64,000 nt of DNA from Eledone cirrhosa (lineage: Eukaryota). This document shows positions 61,030 through 64,000 of this stretch, in pieces. Position 1 is the stretch's first letter, and each line of letters starts with the position of its first letter. Location: the NCBI GenBank assembly GCA_964016885.1, contig OZ024762.1, forward strand, positions 19,096,001-19,160,000. Direction: 5' to 3'. The position numbers and the translations under genes are program-made. A model generated the notes under the pieces. It worked only from the letters and a program-made list of their open reading frames with translations. It was not told where the DNA came from and searched no databases.

Positions 61030-62430
61030 GTATTTCGTTCTCCAGAATATTATTGTGGCTACATGTTGTTGCTCTTGATCCTGCTCTCGTTGCTACATGT
61101 TACTGTTACTGCTACATGGTATTTTATTCTCCAGAATATTATTGTAGCTACATGTAGTTGCTGTCCCTGCTACATGGTATTTCATTCTCCAGAATATTAT
61201 TGTGGCTACATGTAGTTGCTGTCCCTGCTACATGGTATTTTATTCTCCAGAATATTATTGTAGCTACATGTAGTTGCTGTCACTGCAACAGGGTATTTTA
61301 TTCTCCAGAATATTATTGTGGCTACATGTAGTTGCTGTCCCTGCAACACGGTATTTTATTCTCCAGAATATTATTGTGGCTACATGTAGTTGCTGTCCCT
61401 GCTACATGGTATTTTATTCTCCAGAATATTATTGTGGCTACATGTAGTTGCTGTCACTGCTACATGGTATTTTATTCTCCAGAATATTATTGTGGCTACA
61501 TGTAGTTGCTGTCCCTGCTACATGGTATTTTATTCTCCAGAATATTATTGTGGCTACATGTAGTTGCTGTCACTGCAACATGGTATTTTATTCTCCAGTA
61601 TATTATTGTGGCTACATGTAGTTGCTGTCCCTGCTACATGGTATTTTATTCTCCAGAATATTATTGTGGCTACATGTAGTTGCTGTCCCTGCTACATGGT
61701 ATTTTATTCTCCAGAATATTATTGTAGCTACATGTAGTTGCTGTCCCTGCTACATGGTATTTTATTCTCCAGAATATTATTGTGGCTACATGTAGTTGCT
61801 GTCACTGCAACATGGTATTTTATTCTCCAGAATATTGTGGCTACATGTAGTTGCTGTCACTGCTACATGGTATTTTATTCTCCAGAATATTATTGTGGCT
61901 ACATGTAGTTGCTGTCACTGCAACATGGTATTTTATTCTCCGGTATATTATTGTGGCTACATGTATTTGCTGTCCCTGCTACATGGTATTTTATTCTCCA
62001 GAATATTATTGTGGCTACATGTAGTTGCTGTCCCTGCTACATGGTATTTTATTCTCCAGAATATTATTGTGGCTACATGTAGTTGCTGTCACTGCTACAT
62101 GGTATTTTATTCTCCAGAATATTATTGTAGCTACATGTAGTTGCTGTCCCTGCTACATGGTATTTTATTCTCCAGAATATTATTGTGGCTACATGTAGTT
62201 GCTGTGACTGCAACATGGTATTTTATTCTCCAGTATATTATTGTGGCTACATGTAGTTGCTGTCCCTGCTACATGGTATTTCATTCTCCAGAATAATATT
62301 GTGGCTACATGTAGTTGCTGTCACTGCTACATGGTATTTTATTCTCCAGAATATTATTGTGGCTACATGTAGTTGCTGTCGCTGCTACATGGTATTTTAT
62401 TCTCCAGAATATTATTGTAGCTACATGGTG
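61030..62430. repeat. 58-bp minisatellite (~24 units) with degenerate flanks (60745-61030 and to ~62490)
   Basis: Unit CTACATGTAGTTGCTGTC(C/A)CTGCTACATGGTATTTTATTCTCCAGAATATTATTGTGG. Confidence 0.95.
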
Positions 62431-63468
62431 TTGTTGTTGCTAGATCTTGTTGTTGTTGCTGCTACATAGTATTTCGTTCTCAGGAATATTATATTTACAA
62501 CATACTATTTTCGGGGTATGTTGTCTCTGTCAGAGGGCCTGAAATGGTTTGTAATGTATATCTAATGATGAACAATATAATTGTCTACTTTTTTCAAACC
62601 ACGGCTGTCGTGTGTAACTTAATGCAGCTGGGAAAATGTAAACAAACGGCATTTATTCATTTAAATCTCTTTTGTCCACATAGAGTTTCAATAAGAAGGC
62701 ATTTGTTGACATTTGAGCATGTGTATTTGATTACGTGAGTGAAGGATGTGGCGGTGAAGTGAGGGGCCATTCGCTGAGTTGTTAGAACTTTGATGTAGTT
62801 TTTTTCTTCTCCAAAACCATCTGGAACTATGGCTCCTTAAGTCCGTAAGTTCCTTCAGAACGAAGCCTTCTGTTTTTTGGGGAGTTTTTTTTTTTAAATA
62901 TTATGTCTTATATTACTTTTTTGATTTTAGCAGCTTTATTCTCCATCGCCAGTTTGCTAAGCCTGTCGCGACAAACTCCCACGTCATCGATGTCGCCCAA
63001 GATAAAATCAAATGGCCGATACAGCTTGCAACTCGTGATTTCACAATATATACACACACACTATATTTTTTCAATTTTTCCATTGTGCGCCTGTCTTTAT
63101 TTTGTACTCCTAAAGAAGGGCTTAAACTCGACACATCGAACTTTCTTTCCTCTTTCCAATATAAATCGTGAAACTAATAAGACTTTTAACTTTGTTGTCT
63201 CCTTGAACTATATATATATAGTAATAATAATAAATGTGAAGACTAAAATCCAAAGAGGGCTCGATAAGGATAATATTTTCTCCGTTCATTGCCAGGGAAC
63301 GTCTTCACGAACCAAAGTATCGTCTTCCTGTTTTCCTTCGATTGCAACGTTTATCGAAATATTTACTTCTGCGTTCACAGATTGATTTTTTTTTTTTAGT
63401 CTCAGAAGATCCCGTTAAGGATGAAAGCAGCGATTCTTTGCCTAAACTTTAGTCTGTTATTTTAATAA

Positions 63469-63523
<55 letters not shown>

Positions 63524-64000
63524 ACGCCCTTCAGTCAAAATTGATCATGGGATTTGCACCCTTCCACTGCACAGTCCACACTCACCCACGGCAATACACG
63601 TGATAGGTCATAACACCATATAACCCTCTCCACCGCTTTGCATGCTTCCTCAACATTGTTACGCAGCAAAGAGGTTTAGTGATATATTTATTGAATGCAA
63701 GGAATTATTTCTTCTTCTTCTTCTTCTTCTTCTTCTTCTTCTTCTTCTTCAGGGGGTCGTTGGGGCAGTGTCCGCAAACAGGTCTTGTCAGAAGAAACCG
63801 TCTGCGATTGATCCGGCTGGACCCCCCCCCCCCCCAAGCCAAACTAGCCGAGCTCATGGTTGTTATCCACCCATCTTGTCCGGGCTCTACCCCTAGGTCT
63901 CCTGCTGGCTGGTTTTCAATTCTTTCCAGAGACATTCTAACCACATGCTCATAGTATCGGAGCTATGATCTCTCAATACAGAGATGTAACGGTTCTACCC

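Noticed and set aside
63400-63440. CAGAAGA-TCC..GGAT-GAAAGC in a two-copy repeat (also ~47910)
   Set aside because: Core deviates and there is no valid stem III/NUH; insufficient support for an HHR.

Overview
Eukaryotic, AT-rich, repeat-saturated DNA. The SINE families resemble those of octopod cephalopods (inference). I can support no intact protein-coding gene: nearly all long ORFs in the track are translations of (TA)n/(TG)n/(GGT)n/(GA)n microsatellites, and the only recognisable coding remnants are RTE-clade and L1/Tx1-clade retrotransposon fragments. Other content: many tRNA-derived SINEs, minisatellites (22, 29, 58, 110, ~114, 187 bp units; two built from TE-internal sequence) and a mariner-type MITE. 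The main signal is about a dozen unrelated short element families (~30 loci) inserted in (TA)n tracts. Many carry type I hammerhead ribozyme (HHR) motifs, which I folded by hand: stem I, CUGANGA, stem II, GAAA, often palindromic stem III, NUH, stem I'. They frequently occur as fold-back inverted duplications that put a ribozyme on each strand, followed by a single-copy 3' tail with a shared GAGTRC-like motif. This fits Penelope-like element (PLE) pseudo-LTR remnants. Unusual aspects are long or branched stem II insertions, U-U closure of stem II, a possible CCUUGA core variant and family-fixed inversion endpoints. Element boundaries are approximate (about +/-10 nt); no ribozyme activity is demonstrated.
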